Source: an uncultured bacterium
GTDB lineage: Bacteria > Hydrothermota > Tepidihabitantia > Tepidihabitantales > DTDR01
Length of the DNA: 64,000 nt
Direction of reading: 5' to 3'
NCBI GenBank assembly: GCA_964505415.1
Contig: CAZDHW010000002.1
Coordinates: forward strand, 45,226-109,225
The translations under genes and the position numbers were made by a program. The first letter of the stretch is position 1; the number at the start of each line of letters is the position of its first letter. Shown here piece by piece: positions 17,282 through 29,201 of this stretch. The notes under the pieces are model-generated. The model was not told the DNA's origin, did not search any database, and saw only the letters and a list, made by a program, of their open reading frames with translations.

Positions 17282-19521
17282 TTTTTTCTTAATTCGGCAG
17301 AGAAATTTTTTTCAACTGCTTTAATGATTTTTAATAATAATTCTTCTATTTCTTCTTTAGTGTAAGGAGAATCTTTAGGCTGAAAGGCAAGGCGGATCCC
17401 TAGATTTCTTTTTCCTTCAGGTAAAGGCTTTCCGGAAAAGGAGTCAAAAATAGTAATCTCTTTTATAAAAGGAGCAAAGCTTTTCTTAATGAAATTGACT
17501 ATATCTTGAACATAAATCTCTTCATTGATGAGAAAGGCTAAATCCCGATAAACTGGTAAAAGCAAAGGCAAAGGTTGGTAAATCTTTTCTTTGGGTAAAC
17601 AATGGTAAATTTCTTCTAAGGCTAATTGGCAATAGAAGACCTCGCCTTCAATTTTGTATAAAGAGAGAAAATCTTCCTTTACTTTTCCTAACCAACCAAG
17701 TTCTTTATTTTGGCAAATAATTGTGGTAGAAGTAAAGGGGGAAAAATAAGGAAAAGCTTTTTGATGATAATTAATTTCAGAAATATTTAAAAAGGTAAAA
17801 AGCTCTTCCACAATACCTTTTAAATCGAAATAATCTACCTTTTGGGGCTTGACATCAAAATTGATTGGTTGATTATTTCCGGTGAGAGCAATTGCCAAAA
17901 CATATTTTTCTTTTCTATAAACTTTGCCAATTTCAAAGATTCTTAGGTCTTTATTGTTAAAAGAGAAATTATAAGCAATAACATTTAAAAAGGAGTGAAT
18001 AAGATTATCTCTCAGTAACGCCAGTCTTTCGTTTAACGGATTTACCAGTCGGATTCCTTCATTTGTAGATTCCGGTAAGAAACTTAAAGTTATAATTTCG
18101 AATAAACCGCGAGAGACTAAAAAATTGCGCAACCGATTTAAAAAAATAGTGAAGGGTTTAAGTTCACCAATCGTTTTTAAACGGAGACAAAAAGGTGAAG
18201 CAAAATTTTCGTAACCATAATAACGAGCAATCTCTTCAACCAAGTCTATTGGTAGTTTTAAGTCGTAACGCCAGCTTGGTGGCTGATAAACAATTTCTCT
18301 TTCATTGACATTAATAATTTCTCCTCCCAATCTCTTAAGAATGTTTATGATATACTCTCTTTTGAAGGTGATGCCTAAAATTCTTCTGGGATAATTTAAG
18401 GGTAAGGCGATCAATTCTTTTTTAATCTCTTTACTGACAATTTTTCTTTCTTTAACAATTTTTCCTTCTCCCCATTGAGCAATAAGGTTAGCGGCATAGT
18501 TAGCAAAAAATTTTAAATTTTCGTAATCAATCCCCAATTCAAACCGCCGGGCGGCTTCGGTTCGTAACTTCAGAAAATTTATACTTTCCCTTATTGCCTC
18601 ACAAGAAAAAAAAGCGCTTTCTAAGAGAACTTCTTGGGTATTTTCAATGATTTCAGTATTTCGTCCACCAATAACTCCGGCAATTGCAATAACTCTTTTG
18701 CTATCGCTAATACAAAGTACCTTTTCGGAGAGTTCTCTTTCTACTCCATCAATAGTTTTCAATTTTTCTCCTCTTTTTCCTTGACGAATATAAATTTTAT
18801 TCCCAAAAATTCTTTTTAAATCAAAAGGGTGAGTAGGCTGGCCAAATTGAATAAGGGTGTAATTAGAACCATCAACGATATTATTTATCGGTCTTAAGCC
18901 GGAAAGAAAAAGTCGCCATTGATAGAAAAGGGGAGAAGGTTTTACTTTTAAATTGATAATTTTGGTGGCAATATAAATCGGGCACTTTGCTTGGTCTTCA
19001 ACGATAATTTCTAATTCATTTTTTTCATCAATTTCTAATTGGTTTTCTAATTTGGGTAAAATTAAATTTCTTTCCGTGAAAAAAGTAACTTCCCGAGCCA
19101 AACCAAATACGGAAAACAAATCAGCACGATTAGGAGTTATTTCTACCTCTAAATAAAGATTATCAAGACAACTAAAAACCTCTTCACCTTCAGCGAATTC
19201 ATCAAAAATTAAACAATCTTCATAAGGAAAATTCAAATCACTGCCTTTTAATACTTTTTTCTGTTCGGGATGGTAACCAATTTTTTGCCCCACAACTGCC
19301 GAAATATTTTCGGTAGTAATAAATTTTTCGTTAGCCAATTTTAAAATTGTTTTCTCTTTTTCTTTTTCAATAATTGTGGCTATTTTAAATCCCGAAAAGT
19401 CTTTTAGATAATCATAATAATTTACAATGCTAATGCCCTTTTTGGTTAACAACTCCAAAAGTTCCTTTTCGTTTATTTTTGGCTCCAAAAATTCATTTAA
19501 CCAATTTATCGTGAGTCTCAT
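17278..19521 (-). CDS. pheT: phenylalanine--tRNA ligase beta subunit
   Basis: 747 aa with PheT N-terminal MRLTINWLNEFLEP and B3/4 and B5 domains. Not adjacent to pheS (41252). Confidence 0.9.
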   Translation of the reverse strand: MRLTINWLNEFLEPKINEKELLELLTKKGISIVNYYDYLKDFSGFKIATIIEKEKEKTILKLANEKFITTENISAVVGQKIGYHPEQKKVLKGSDLNFPYEDCLIFDEFAEGEEVFSCLDNLYLEVEITPNRADLFSVFGLAREVTFFTERNLILPKLENQLEIDEKNELEIIVEDQAKCPIYIATKIINLKVKPSPLFYQWRLFLSGLRPINNIVDGSNYTLIQFGQPTHPFDLKRIFGNKIYIRQGKRGEKLKTIDGVERELSEKVLCISDSKRVIAIAGVIGGRNTEIIENTQEVLLESAFFSCEAIRESINFLKLRTEAARRFELGIDYENLKFFANYAANLIAQWGEGKIVKERKIVSKEIKKELIALPLNYPRRILGITFKREYIINILKRLGGEIINVNEREIVYQPPSWRYDLKLPIDLVEEIARYYGYENFASPFCLRLKTIGELKPFTIFLNRLRNFLVSRGLFEIITLSFLPESTNEGIRLVNPLNERLALLRDNLIHSFLNVIAYNFSFNNKDLRIFEIGKVYRKEKYVLAIALTGNNQPINFDVKPQKVDYFDLKGIVEELFTFLNISEINYHQKAFPYFSPFTSTTIICQNKELGWLGKVKEDFLSLYKIEGEVFYCQLALEEIYHCLPKEKIYQPLPLLLPVYRDLAFLINEEIYVQDIVNFIKKSFAPFIKEITIFDSFSGKPLPEGKRNLGIRLAFQPKDSPYTKEEIEELLLKIIKAVEKNFSAELRKK

Positions 19522-19584
19522 TTCTTAATAAAGATAACGATTTTTAATCAAAAGTCAAGAAAAAAATAAGAAATTTATTTTTTT

Positions 19585-19612
19585 TTGACTTTAATAAATT
19601 TAAGATTATAAT
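19585..19612 (+). promoter_or_regulatory. sigma70-type promoter for metK (TTGACT-N16-TATAAT), leadered with AGGAG RBS
   Basis: TTGACT at 19585-19590 and TATAAT at 19607-19612. AAAGGAG lies ~8 nt upstream of the ATG at 19633. Confidence 0.4.
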
Positions 19613-19632
19613 TTTGAAAAAGGAGTGAAAAA

Positions 19633-22055
<2,423 letters not shown>

Positions 22056-22540
22056 TTATAAAAGTACGGTAAAGGAAAATTTAAGAATTTAAAAAAATTC
22101 CACTTAAGACCCCAAATCATCCAGGGAATGCCTATAGCCCTAACTTTAAATAACCGCTTTTAGCTAAAATATAAAAAGCACATAAAATCAACTAAATTTT
22201 TTCAATCTTTTCGTCATTTATAAACCTATTCTTTCCCACTTTAAAAATTCTATTCTTAGAAGAAGTACTTTTTCTATTCAAAACCAGCCTTTTACTACTA
22301 CTCTTTGGCTCAGTTTTATACCCTCTTCTATATTAGTGATTTTTCTCTAAATGTTATTAAATTATACACTCTTTAGTATAAAAAATCAAGATAAAGTTGA
22401 AAAGAAAGATTACTATTTGTAGCTACTGGTATCACATATTGTTTATCATGATATCTCCATCATTCCCGGGAATGGTAATTTTCCTGTCCTTTAAATTTAA
22501 ATTTCTTATTTAAAATTAGTCTTTTTAGCAAAAAGTCAAA

Positions 22541-23437
22541 CTAAAATTTTACATAAATAGGAATTTGTATAAGGTTATAAATAAATTTCTCTTTAAAATA
22601 GAAAAGCGTTCTGTGGGTTAAAATTTCGATAGTTAAATAATCAATTCCAGTTTTTTCTAATTTTATTTTAAGGAAAAAGAGGTCATTATTTTTGTCAAAA
22701 AGAAATCTTTTATTTTGATAATGAAGCAATATTATTCCTTCTTTTAAGGTATCTTTTAATTTAATTTTGATAGTTATTGAATCATTGATTGAAAAACAAG
22801 GTATTTCTTCGATCAAAAAGGTTTTATTAAAAATACTGGTGTCAAATTGATGTTGGTTAAGATAAATTAAATCAAATTTTGGTGCGCTATCTAAATTGGG
22901 ATAATAAAAATTAGCAAAGGGAATTTGATAAAATTGGTAATTTTGGTCAATTCTTTTTAAAAGAAATTTTTTATGGAGATATATTGGATAAATTTTTTCG
23001 TATTCTTTTTTTTGAAAGATTTTTTTAATACTGTCTACTTTTAAACTTTCGTTAAAAAAAATCTGCCAAAGAGAATCGTATTTAACAAGAGCAATAATAT
23101 GACGAATAGAATCCAAATAATCAACTTGGCAAAAAGTATCTTTGTCTTTTACGAAAAATTTTAAATTAAAAAGGGAAAAGGTATCATAGGTTAATCGGTA
23201 AAAACTGTAAATATGGGCAATCTTTTCAAAGATTTTTTGATTTTTACCTAAAGTATCATAGATAAAAAGAGGAGAGGAATAAGAAAAATCAGTAGGTTTT
23301 CTTTCCAAAAAAGAATGGGCAGCAAAAATATTTTTATTATCTTTTATAAATTGATTAACCAATTCTTTCTCACTTTCCCAAAAATTCCTTTTTTGGCAGA
23401 AAAGAAAAAATATTAAGAAGAATAAATATTTTTTCAT
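22541..23437 (-). CDS. hypothetical secreted protein (signal peptide, Asn/Phe/Tyr-rich)
   Basis: MKKYLFFLIFFLFCQK signal-like N-terminus. No recognisable domain and no T9SS CTD. Confidence 0.45.
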   Translation of the reverse strand: MKKYLFFLIFFLFCQKRNFWESEKELVNQFIKDNKNIFAAHSFLERKPTDFSYSSPLFIYDTLGKNQKIFEKIAHIYSFYRLTYDTFSLFNLKFFVKDKDTFCQVDYLDSIRHIIALVKYDSLWQIFFNESLKVDSIKKIFQKKEYEKIYPIYLHKKFLLKRIDQNYQFYQIPFANFYYPNLDSAPKFDLIYLNQHQFDTSIFNKTFLIEEIPCFSINDSITIKIKLKDTLKEGIILLHYQNKRFLFDKNNDLFFLKIKLEKTGIDYLTIEILTHRTLFYFKEKFIYNLIQIPIYVKF

Positions 23438-23494
23438 AATAAATAAAAAGGGAGGCAGAAAAAATCTGCCCCCCTTTTTCCTTTTGCTTTGAGG

Positions 23495-25225
23495 TTAATT
23501 GGTAATTATCACTTTATATCTCTCACAAGAATTAGCCGTTTTTACAACTAAGAAATAGATGCCGCTTTTTAAATTTTTGGGAATTCCCAATTGATAATGA
23601 TGGGTGCCGGAAGAGAATTCTTTATTAAATATTACCTTTCCAGTGATATCGGAAAGAGAAATATTAAGAGAAGTTTTAGTATTTAAATCTAAGGATAAAT
23701 AGTTTCGGTTTACGATTGGATTGGGATAAATTTTCAGGCTGAATAGTTTATTGGTATTTCCTTCAGCAATTCCGGTTTCTAAATATTGCCTTGGAACTTG
23801 ATGAACAACAACTGGGTTAGTAGTCATTGACCCTTCACCTTGAACATAAAATCCCGCATTTAAGTCTATTAAATAGGTTATCCAACAATAATCATCAACA
23901 ATTGGTGCTAAGAATGGAAATCTTTTTGATGTTTGGTCAGGTTCAGTAATTCTTTTTGGAGGTGCCCAAGTGAGCCCACCATCGGTAGAAGCAGTTCCCC
24001 AAATGTCGGCTCTTAATCTTTCGGTTGTGGGTTCGTAATTAACAGGATCAAATTGTTCCCAAACAACATAAAGGTTTCCGTTTTCCGGATTTTGACCAAT
24101 TGAAGGTCGACAGGCAAAGGTCGCATTGTAACCTACGGTAGCTGCTAATGTTTCGGGCATAATTCGGCAAATCCTTGTTAATTCCGGATTTCTTCCGGGA
24201 ACATAATGCCACATTTCCACAGGAATAATTCTACCGGTATCTCTGATATTTGGTGTAAAACAAAGGACGAAGTTTGGTCGATCATCTCTATCAAAGAAAC
24301 CGCCAACGGAAGGAAGCCAAAGTTCAGGTAAAGTTTCACTACCTGGAGTGAAGATTGGTGGAATTGGGAAGGGGATTACATCACTCCAAGTTTCGCCACC
24401 GTCAGTAGAAATCCGATAAGCACCGCTATCTGGTCCAGTACCATCCCATTCAGTCCAGAAGATAACTACTTTGTCACTCCTTTTGGAAGCAAAAATTCCT
24501 TGGGCATTACCTAAGGGAGCGATGGGCTCACCAGGTTGAGGAGCAATCAATCTGGGCTCCTCAGGATTGCCCCAATCCCTTATTCGAATATAAAAAAGTC
24601 TATCTCGCGCACCGCCCGGGTCATCTTCTACCGCTAATACGTGAATCCAACCGTTGGCAGTTATTGCAATTGGTGGCCAAAGATAACCTTCTTGACAATC
24701 ACAGTAGTCAAATATTCCTTGTCCAGGAGCAACGTCTTTAGCAATTCGCGGAATAAGTCGTTGAGTTCCAGCAACATGACCAACAATATATTCAATTCCG
24801 TCCAACGGATTAACATCCAAATTGCCAAAGCCAGCCCGCGCATTTAAAACATCAATACCATCGTGACCAAACATCCATTGATGGGTAGTTTTGTCGTAAA
24901 AATTATATCTCATATTTCTGTCAGGAAAAGGATTTGCTTGAAGAGAAGTCATACCGGTAACATGAACGCCTCGCATATCATTATAAATCCTTTGCCAACC
25001 ATGGCTATTAAACTGCCAATCGTAGGTAGTAAAGAAAACAGTATCAACCCTGCCTACGAATTGAGAAACTAATACTTCCGCTGGTTTTTTGGTCGGTTGC
25101 AATTGGGCTTTTGATGGGTGACTATTTTTAACTTCTGGAGGCAACGCCTTTATCGGTATAAGATACTCTTTTGGTAAAGCAAATAAAACTAAAAGAGGAA
25201 TTAAAATAACTAATAATTTACGCAT
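23495..25225 (-). CDS. secreted BNR/Asp-box repeat (sialidase-like beta-propeller) protein with T9SS C-terminal sorting domain
   Basis: Signal peptide. Asp-boxes STDGGETWSD and STDGGLTWAP. C-terminal ~80 aa LKIYPNPIVNRNYLSLDL...SGIYFLVVKT is typical of Por-secretion CTDs (TIGR04183-like). Confidence 0.75.
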   Translation of the reverse strand: MRKLLVILIPLLVLFALPKEYLIPIKALPPEVKNSHPSKAQLQPTKKPAEVLVSQFVGRVDTVFFTTYDWQFNSHGWQRIYNDMRGVHVTGMTSLQANPFPDRNMRYNFYDKTTHQWMFGHDGIDVLNARAGFGNLDVNPLDGIEYIVGHVAGTQRLIPRIAKDVAPGQGIFDYCDCQEGYLWPPIAITANGWIHVLAVEDDPGGARDRLFYIRIRDWGNPEEPRLIAPQPGEPIAPLGNAQGIFASKRSDKVVIFWTEWDGTGPDSGAYRISTDGGETWSDVIPFPIPPIFTPGSETLPELWLPSVGGFFDRDDRPNFVLCFTPNIRDTGRIIPVEMWHYVPGRNPELTRICRIMPETLAATVGYNATFACRPSIGQNPENGNLYVVWEQFDPVNYEPTTERLRADIWGTASTDGGLTWAPPKRITEPDQTSKRFPFLAPIVDDYCWITYLIDLNAGFYVQGEGSMTTNPVVVHQVPRQYLETGIAEGNTNKLFSLKIYPNPIVNRNYLSLDLNTKTSLNISLSDITGKVIFNKEFSSGTHHYQLGIPKNLKSGIYFLVVKTANSCERYKVIITN

Positions 25226-25236
25226 TTTTCCTCCTT

Positions 25237-27069
25237 TTAATTAATTATTATTTTTTTCTTGTATGTTTTTTTGCCATTATTAAATAGGCAATAAAAAGTA
25301 CCTTTTTTGCCTTTGACATTCCAGATAACCGAATAATCACCTTTCTCTTTTCTTCCTTCTTCTAAGACTTTTACAATTTGACCGGTGATATCCAAGATAG
25401 AAAGTTTCACAAAAGCTGGTTCGTTTAGTGAATAATTTATCTTTACCTTATCTTTGGTAATTGTAGGATAGACAATTAATTTATTAGCCAAAAGATTTTT
25501 CTTTTGGTTTTCTTCAATTCCAACTTCTACTAATAAAGAGCAAGGAACTTGTAAATAAAGCACTGGATTATTAGTGACCACTCCTTCATTCTGAGGAACT
25601 CCACCGGCATCTTTATCGTTAATATAAGTTATATGTAAATGATTGTTAAAAGCAAATGGTGCTAAGGAGAAATAATCATCATCTTCACACATTCCTGGAG
25701 GCGCTCCGGGACTGGGTGAATTTGTTAAATTCAATACTTGGCCAATCTGTCCTCTTACTCCCCAAGTTCGACCGCCATCGGTAGAAACCGCCGCGTATAA
25801 TTCCCCGTTTATTCTTCTTCCTTGAGAAATATCAGTAGTATCTAAATTTCCAATCCAAACACAATATATATTTCCGTAATTATCAATTGCTAATTGGGGC
25901 CTATCCGCTGGTCTTCGCCAGGCATCGTTTTGGACATTGGGATAAGGCGAATACCACCAAGAATCACCAACAACTGAAAGATGTCCGGGACCAGAAACTA
26001 AAGTAATCCCGGTCTCTTCGCTCCAATGTCTAATCCGAGAAAATCCAGGATAAGTTGCTGGCCCCTGGCTACCTACCATTGAAAGAATTTCTGTCCAAAC
26101 TACATGTAAATTGCCATTTAAATCATAAATTGCATCACAATCAGTATAGGCAAATTCGTGGGGAAGAGTATCAGAAGGGTATTGGTAATTAGTGATTTGT
26201 CTTGGAGGTGTCCAAGTAGCACCACCATCATAAGATTCTCTTATCCAAACATTTTGTAAGACTTGAGAGTGCCTTTCTGGTAAATCAGAAGTATAAGCAA
26301 TAACTACTTTATTTCCATTTGGTTGGGCATAGATATCACCAGAAAGACAGGCCATTACAGTATCATTCATTATTGGCATCCAATTGGTAAAAGTATTTCC
26401 TCCGTCGGTTGAACGAGAATAATAGAAATCTTCAGAGGCACCAGCTGTCGGTGGTCTACCATATCCTAAAACATGAATTATTCCGGTGTTGCCGATTGTT
26501 CCGTGAGGCCAAATAATCTGATTGCCGTAAGGAGAAAAATTTGTGTCTGGTTCTATTGGTTCATTAAATATTCCTGTTCCCGGAGCAATTTCAATGGCTA
26601 AAGCCGAATATAAAGCACTTCCTCGTTGATGGTGAAAGAAACAGCATGCGCGGCCATCAGGAAACATTCCAAAAGTTACATATCCTGCCCGATAACTTCC
26701 ACTTGCCTGAACACCCATTCCTAATTGAACAGTGTCATCGTAATAAGCATTATAGTAGCAATATCTATTAGGATAGTTTGAAGAAGAATCGGGAGAGTGC
26801 ATCCAATCAAATCCCCAAATATTATTAGCATATTCTATTCTTGAACCAAGAGTACCATTCTGTTGATAATCAATAAAAGTTTGGGATAAAAGAATACCCG
26901 GTGATAAAGTAAAAGTTGGCGAAATAATCACGGGCAAAGAAACTTTCTCTAAACCAGTAGAAAAAGAAAGAGGAGAATAAAGTTGCCGATGTTTTAAGGT
27001 TAAAAATTTGGAATTAGGAAGAGAAAATAAAAAAGAGATTAAAAAAATAAAAATAATTGTTTTTTTCAT
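25237..27069 (-). CDS. secreted BNR/Asp-box repeat protein with T9SS C-terminal sorting domain (tandem paralog)
   Basis: Signal peptide. Asp-boxes STDGGNTFTNW, SYDGGATWTPP and STDGGRTWGV. CTD LIVYPTITKDKVKINYSL...GTFYCLF. Confidence 0.75.
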   Translation of the reverse strand: MKKTIIFIFLISFLFSLPNSKFLTLKHRQLYSPLSFSTGLEKVSLPVIISPTFTLSPGILLSQTFIDYQQNGTLGSRIEYANNIWGFDWMHSPDSSSNYPNRYCYYNAYYDDTVQLGMGVQASGSYRAGYVTFGMFPDGRACCFFHHQRGSALYSALAIEIAPGTGIFNEPIEPDTNFSPYGNQIIWPHGTIGNTGIIHVLGYGRPPTAGASEDFYYSRSTDGGNTFTNWMPIMNDTVMACLSGDIYAQPNGNKVVIAYTSDLPERHSQVLQNVWIRESYDGGATWTPPRQITNYQYPSDTLPHEFAYTDCDAIYDLNGNLHVVWTEILSMVGSQGPATYPGFSRIRHWSEETGITLVSGPGHLSVVGDSWWYSPYPNVQNDAWRRPADRPQLAIDNYGNIYCVWIGNLDTTDISQGRRINGELYAAVSTDGGRTWGVRGQIGQVLNLTNSPSPGAPPGMCEDDDYFSLAPFAFNNHLHITYINDKDAGGVPQNEGVVTNNPVLYLQVPCSLLVEVGIEENQKKNLLANKLIVYPTITKDKVKINYSLNEPAFVKLSILDITGQIVKVLEEGRKEKGDYSVIWNVKGKKGTFYCLFNNGKKTYKKKIIIN

Positions 27070-27083
27070 AAATACCTCCTTTT

Positions 27084-27701
27084 TTATCTCAACCTAAATT
27101 TATAAGGAATACTCACCCAAACTCTTACGGGCATATCTCTTTGTTTTGCCGGAGTAAATTTTGCTTGGCGGGCAGCTTCTAAGGCTGCTTTATCCAACTC
27201 GGGATTACCCGAAGATTTTAGAATTCTCACATCAGCAACAGTACCATCTATATCTACTAATGCTTCAACTACTACATCACCTTCGTGACCTAATTGGCGG
27301 GCAATTTCCGGATAGACCGGTTTGGGTAAATAAATTTCTTTTGGTTTTACTTCAACTTTCCAAAAAGGAACAATGGGTATCTCCGTTTCCTCTGTTTTTT
27401 TGTATATTTCAGTAAATTCAGTTTTTCCGATTTTAGAAGCTTCTTCTGCTTCTTCTCCTGTTTGGGCCTCCGAAACTACCGCAATTTTTGGTCTTTCTGC
27501 TGGTGGTGGTTCAGCAATCTGCTCTAATTCTGGGGGTAATTGTTCTAAAACAGTTCCAACTTCTTTCTTTGGGATATAAGGACGATAAAAAAATTCTTTT
27601 GGGAAAATTATAAAAACTAATAGAACAAAAGCCAAGGAAATTACTAATCCTATTCGGAAAACAATAGAATAATATTCATCCCATTCAAAACTTTTATTCA
27701 T
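27084..27701 (-). CDS. tonB: energy transducer TonB
   Basis: N-terminal TM anchor, Pro/Glu-rich linker (PPELEQIAEPPPAERPK) and a TonB C-terminal domain (GDVVVEALVDIDGTVADVRILKSSGNPELD...). Confidence 0.8.
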   Translation of the reverse strand: MNKSFEWDEYYSIVFRIGLVISLAFVLLVFIIFPKEFFYRPYIPKKEVGTVLEQLPPELEQIAEPPPAERPKIAVVSEAQTGEEAEEASKIGKTEFTEIYKKTEETEIPIVPFWKVEVKPKEIYLPKPVYPEIARQLGHEGDVVVEALVDIDGTVADVRILKSSGNPELDKAALEAARQAKFTPAKQRDMPVRVWVSIPYKFRLR

Positions 27702-27703
27702 TA

Positions 27704-28120
27704 TTAGCCCCCTATTCTTTTATACTCAGTAGCGAAGACTACTTTAAAAGCCTGAGCTTCTTTTAAGGCCTCTAAAATATCATTTATTCGACCATAATCA
27801 ACATCACTATCAGCCATAATTTCAGCTACCAATTCAGGATTATCAGCAACTTTTAAAAGCATTACGTTAATAACTCCATTGATATCTAAAACATTGTCAT
27901 CAATAGTTATCTTTCCGGTTTTGTCAACCCAAATATGGCTTACATTTCTTCTTTTTAGTAATCTCTCAGTAGCTTCCGCTTCTGGAAGGTTAACTTTAAG
28001 TCCTATTTCTGTTCTTAAGACAGTTGTAAGCATAAAAAAGATAATTAAAAGAAACGCAATATCACCGGTAGAAGCACTAGGAATTTCTGGCGATTCCCTT
28101 TTGATTAAAAATTTTCTCAT
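27704..28120 (-). CDS. exbD: biopolymer transport protein ExbD/TolR
   Basis: 138 aa with the ASTGDIAFLLIIFFM N-terminal TM helix typical of ExbD. Confidence 0.85.
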   Translation of the reverse strand: MRKFLIKRESPEIPSASTGDIAFLLIIFFMLTTVLRTEIGLKVNLPEAEATERLLKRRNVSHIWVDKTGKITIDDNVLDINGVINVMLLKVADNPELVAEIMADSDVDYGRINDILEALKEAQAFKVVFATEYKRIGG

Positions 28121-28123
28121 TTT

Positions 28124-28525
28124 TTACTCCTCTTTTACTGGTGTTAAACTAATTTTTTCTGCTTTGGCTAATTTTAGTTGATCAAAGGCTTGAATCATTA
28201 TTTTATAGGGAGCTTTTCGAGATACCTTTAGAGCAACAACCAATTCAGGATTTTTACTTAAAGCCTCTTGAACAATCTGTTTTATTTCGGGAATATTTAT
28301 TTTTTTGTCACCAATCATTACTTCTCCGTAAGGATTTACACTTACCGTTAAAATATTTTCTTTTTTTAATTTTACTTCGGCTCCTTTGGGAGGTAAAACA
28401 ATTTTTAGACCCTTTTCCCGGGAGAAAATTGAAGTAACCATAAAGAAGATGATTAACAAAAAAGCAATATCCCCAGTAGAAGCAGTAGGAATAGAAATTT
28501 TTTGAGGTTGTCTTTTTGGAAACAT
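28124..28525 (-). CDS. exbD: biopolymer transport protein ExbD/TolR (second copy)
   Basis: 133 aa with the same ASTGDIAFLLIIFFM motif as the first copy. Confidence 0.85.
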   Translation of the reverse strand: MFPKRQPQKISIPTASTGDIAFLLIIFFMVTSIFSREKGLKIVLPPKGAEVKLKKENILTVSVNPYGEVMIGDKKINIPEIKQIVQEALSKNPELVVALKVSRKAPYKIMIQAFDQLKLAKAEKISLTPVKEE

Positions 28526-28529
28526 AATT

Positions 28530-29138
28530 TCATAACTTTTTGGTCAAATATTCAATTAAACTTGCTGCTGAAGTTTCTAAATCGCGCGTATAACTATTAA
28601 TTTTCATTTGATAAAGAATGTGAATAATTGCCAATGGAGCAGCAATCATTAATCCCCATTTAGTGGTAATGAGAGCTTCGGAAATTCCGGAAGCCACTAC
28701 CGCTGGTTCTACTTCGCCAACCGCCGCTACCGCAGCAAACGCTCGAATCATACCGGTAACAGTGCCTAAGAAGCCAAAAAAGGGAGCCACCATGGTTAAA
28801 CCACCCATTAAATTCATTCCCCGATCAAGAAAACCTAATTCCGCTACTCCGGCTCGAGTTACCGCTTCTTCCATTGCTGTTTTACCTTCTTTTGCTTTTT
28901 CTAAGGCTGCCAAAAGAACTCGAGCTACTGGACTTTTTACCTGTTGACAAAATTTTATTCCGCCTTCAATTCCTTCCTTTTCAATTGTGGAAATAAGTTG
29001 TGAAGTAAATTTTTTAGCATTAAGCGAGGCAACAATAAAAAGAGTAATAAATCGTTCAATAACTAAAGCAATTCCTAAGACAGCGCAAGCTAATAAAAAC
29101 CACATTATACCACCACCTTTAATGAATTCCTGTATCAT
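28530..29138 (-). CDS. exbB: MotA/TolQ/ExbB proton-channel protein
   Basis: GGGIMWFLLACAVLGIALVIERF N-terminus, three TM helices and a conserved GTVTGMIRAF segment. Confidence 0.85.
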   Translation of the reverse strand: MIQEFIKGGGIMWFLLACAVLGIALVIERFITLFIVASLNAKKFTSQLISTIEKEGIEGGIKFCQQVKSPVARVLLAALEKAKEGKTAMEEAVTRAGVAELGFLDRGMNLMGGLTMVAPFFGFLGTVTGMIRAFAAVAAVGEVEPAVVASGISEALITTKWGLMIAAPLAIIHILYQMKINSYTRDLETSAASLIEYLTKKL

Positions 29139-29201
29139 TTCTCCTCCTTATTTTTTAGTTCTTTTAAAATATTAAAAAAATTTTAAAAAAAGTCAATAAG
29201 A

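Noticed and set aside
19522-19632. SAM riboswitch upstream of metK.
   Set aside because: The leader is only ~20 nt from the predicted -10 to the ATG, and the upstream 110 nt are nearly pure A/T with no conserved SAM-I/II helices.
22056-22540. CRISPR array or mobile-element remnant in the long ORF-free spacer.
   Set aside because: There are no regularly spaced direct repeats (only two copies of a 16-nt motif ~340 bp apart). No integrase/transposase-like translation appears in any frame.
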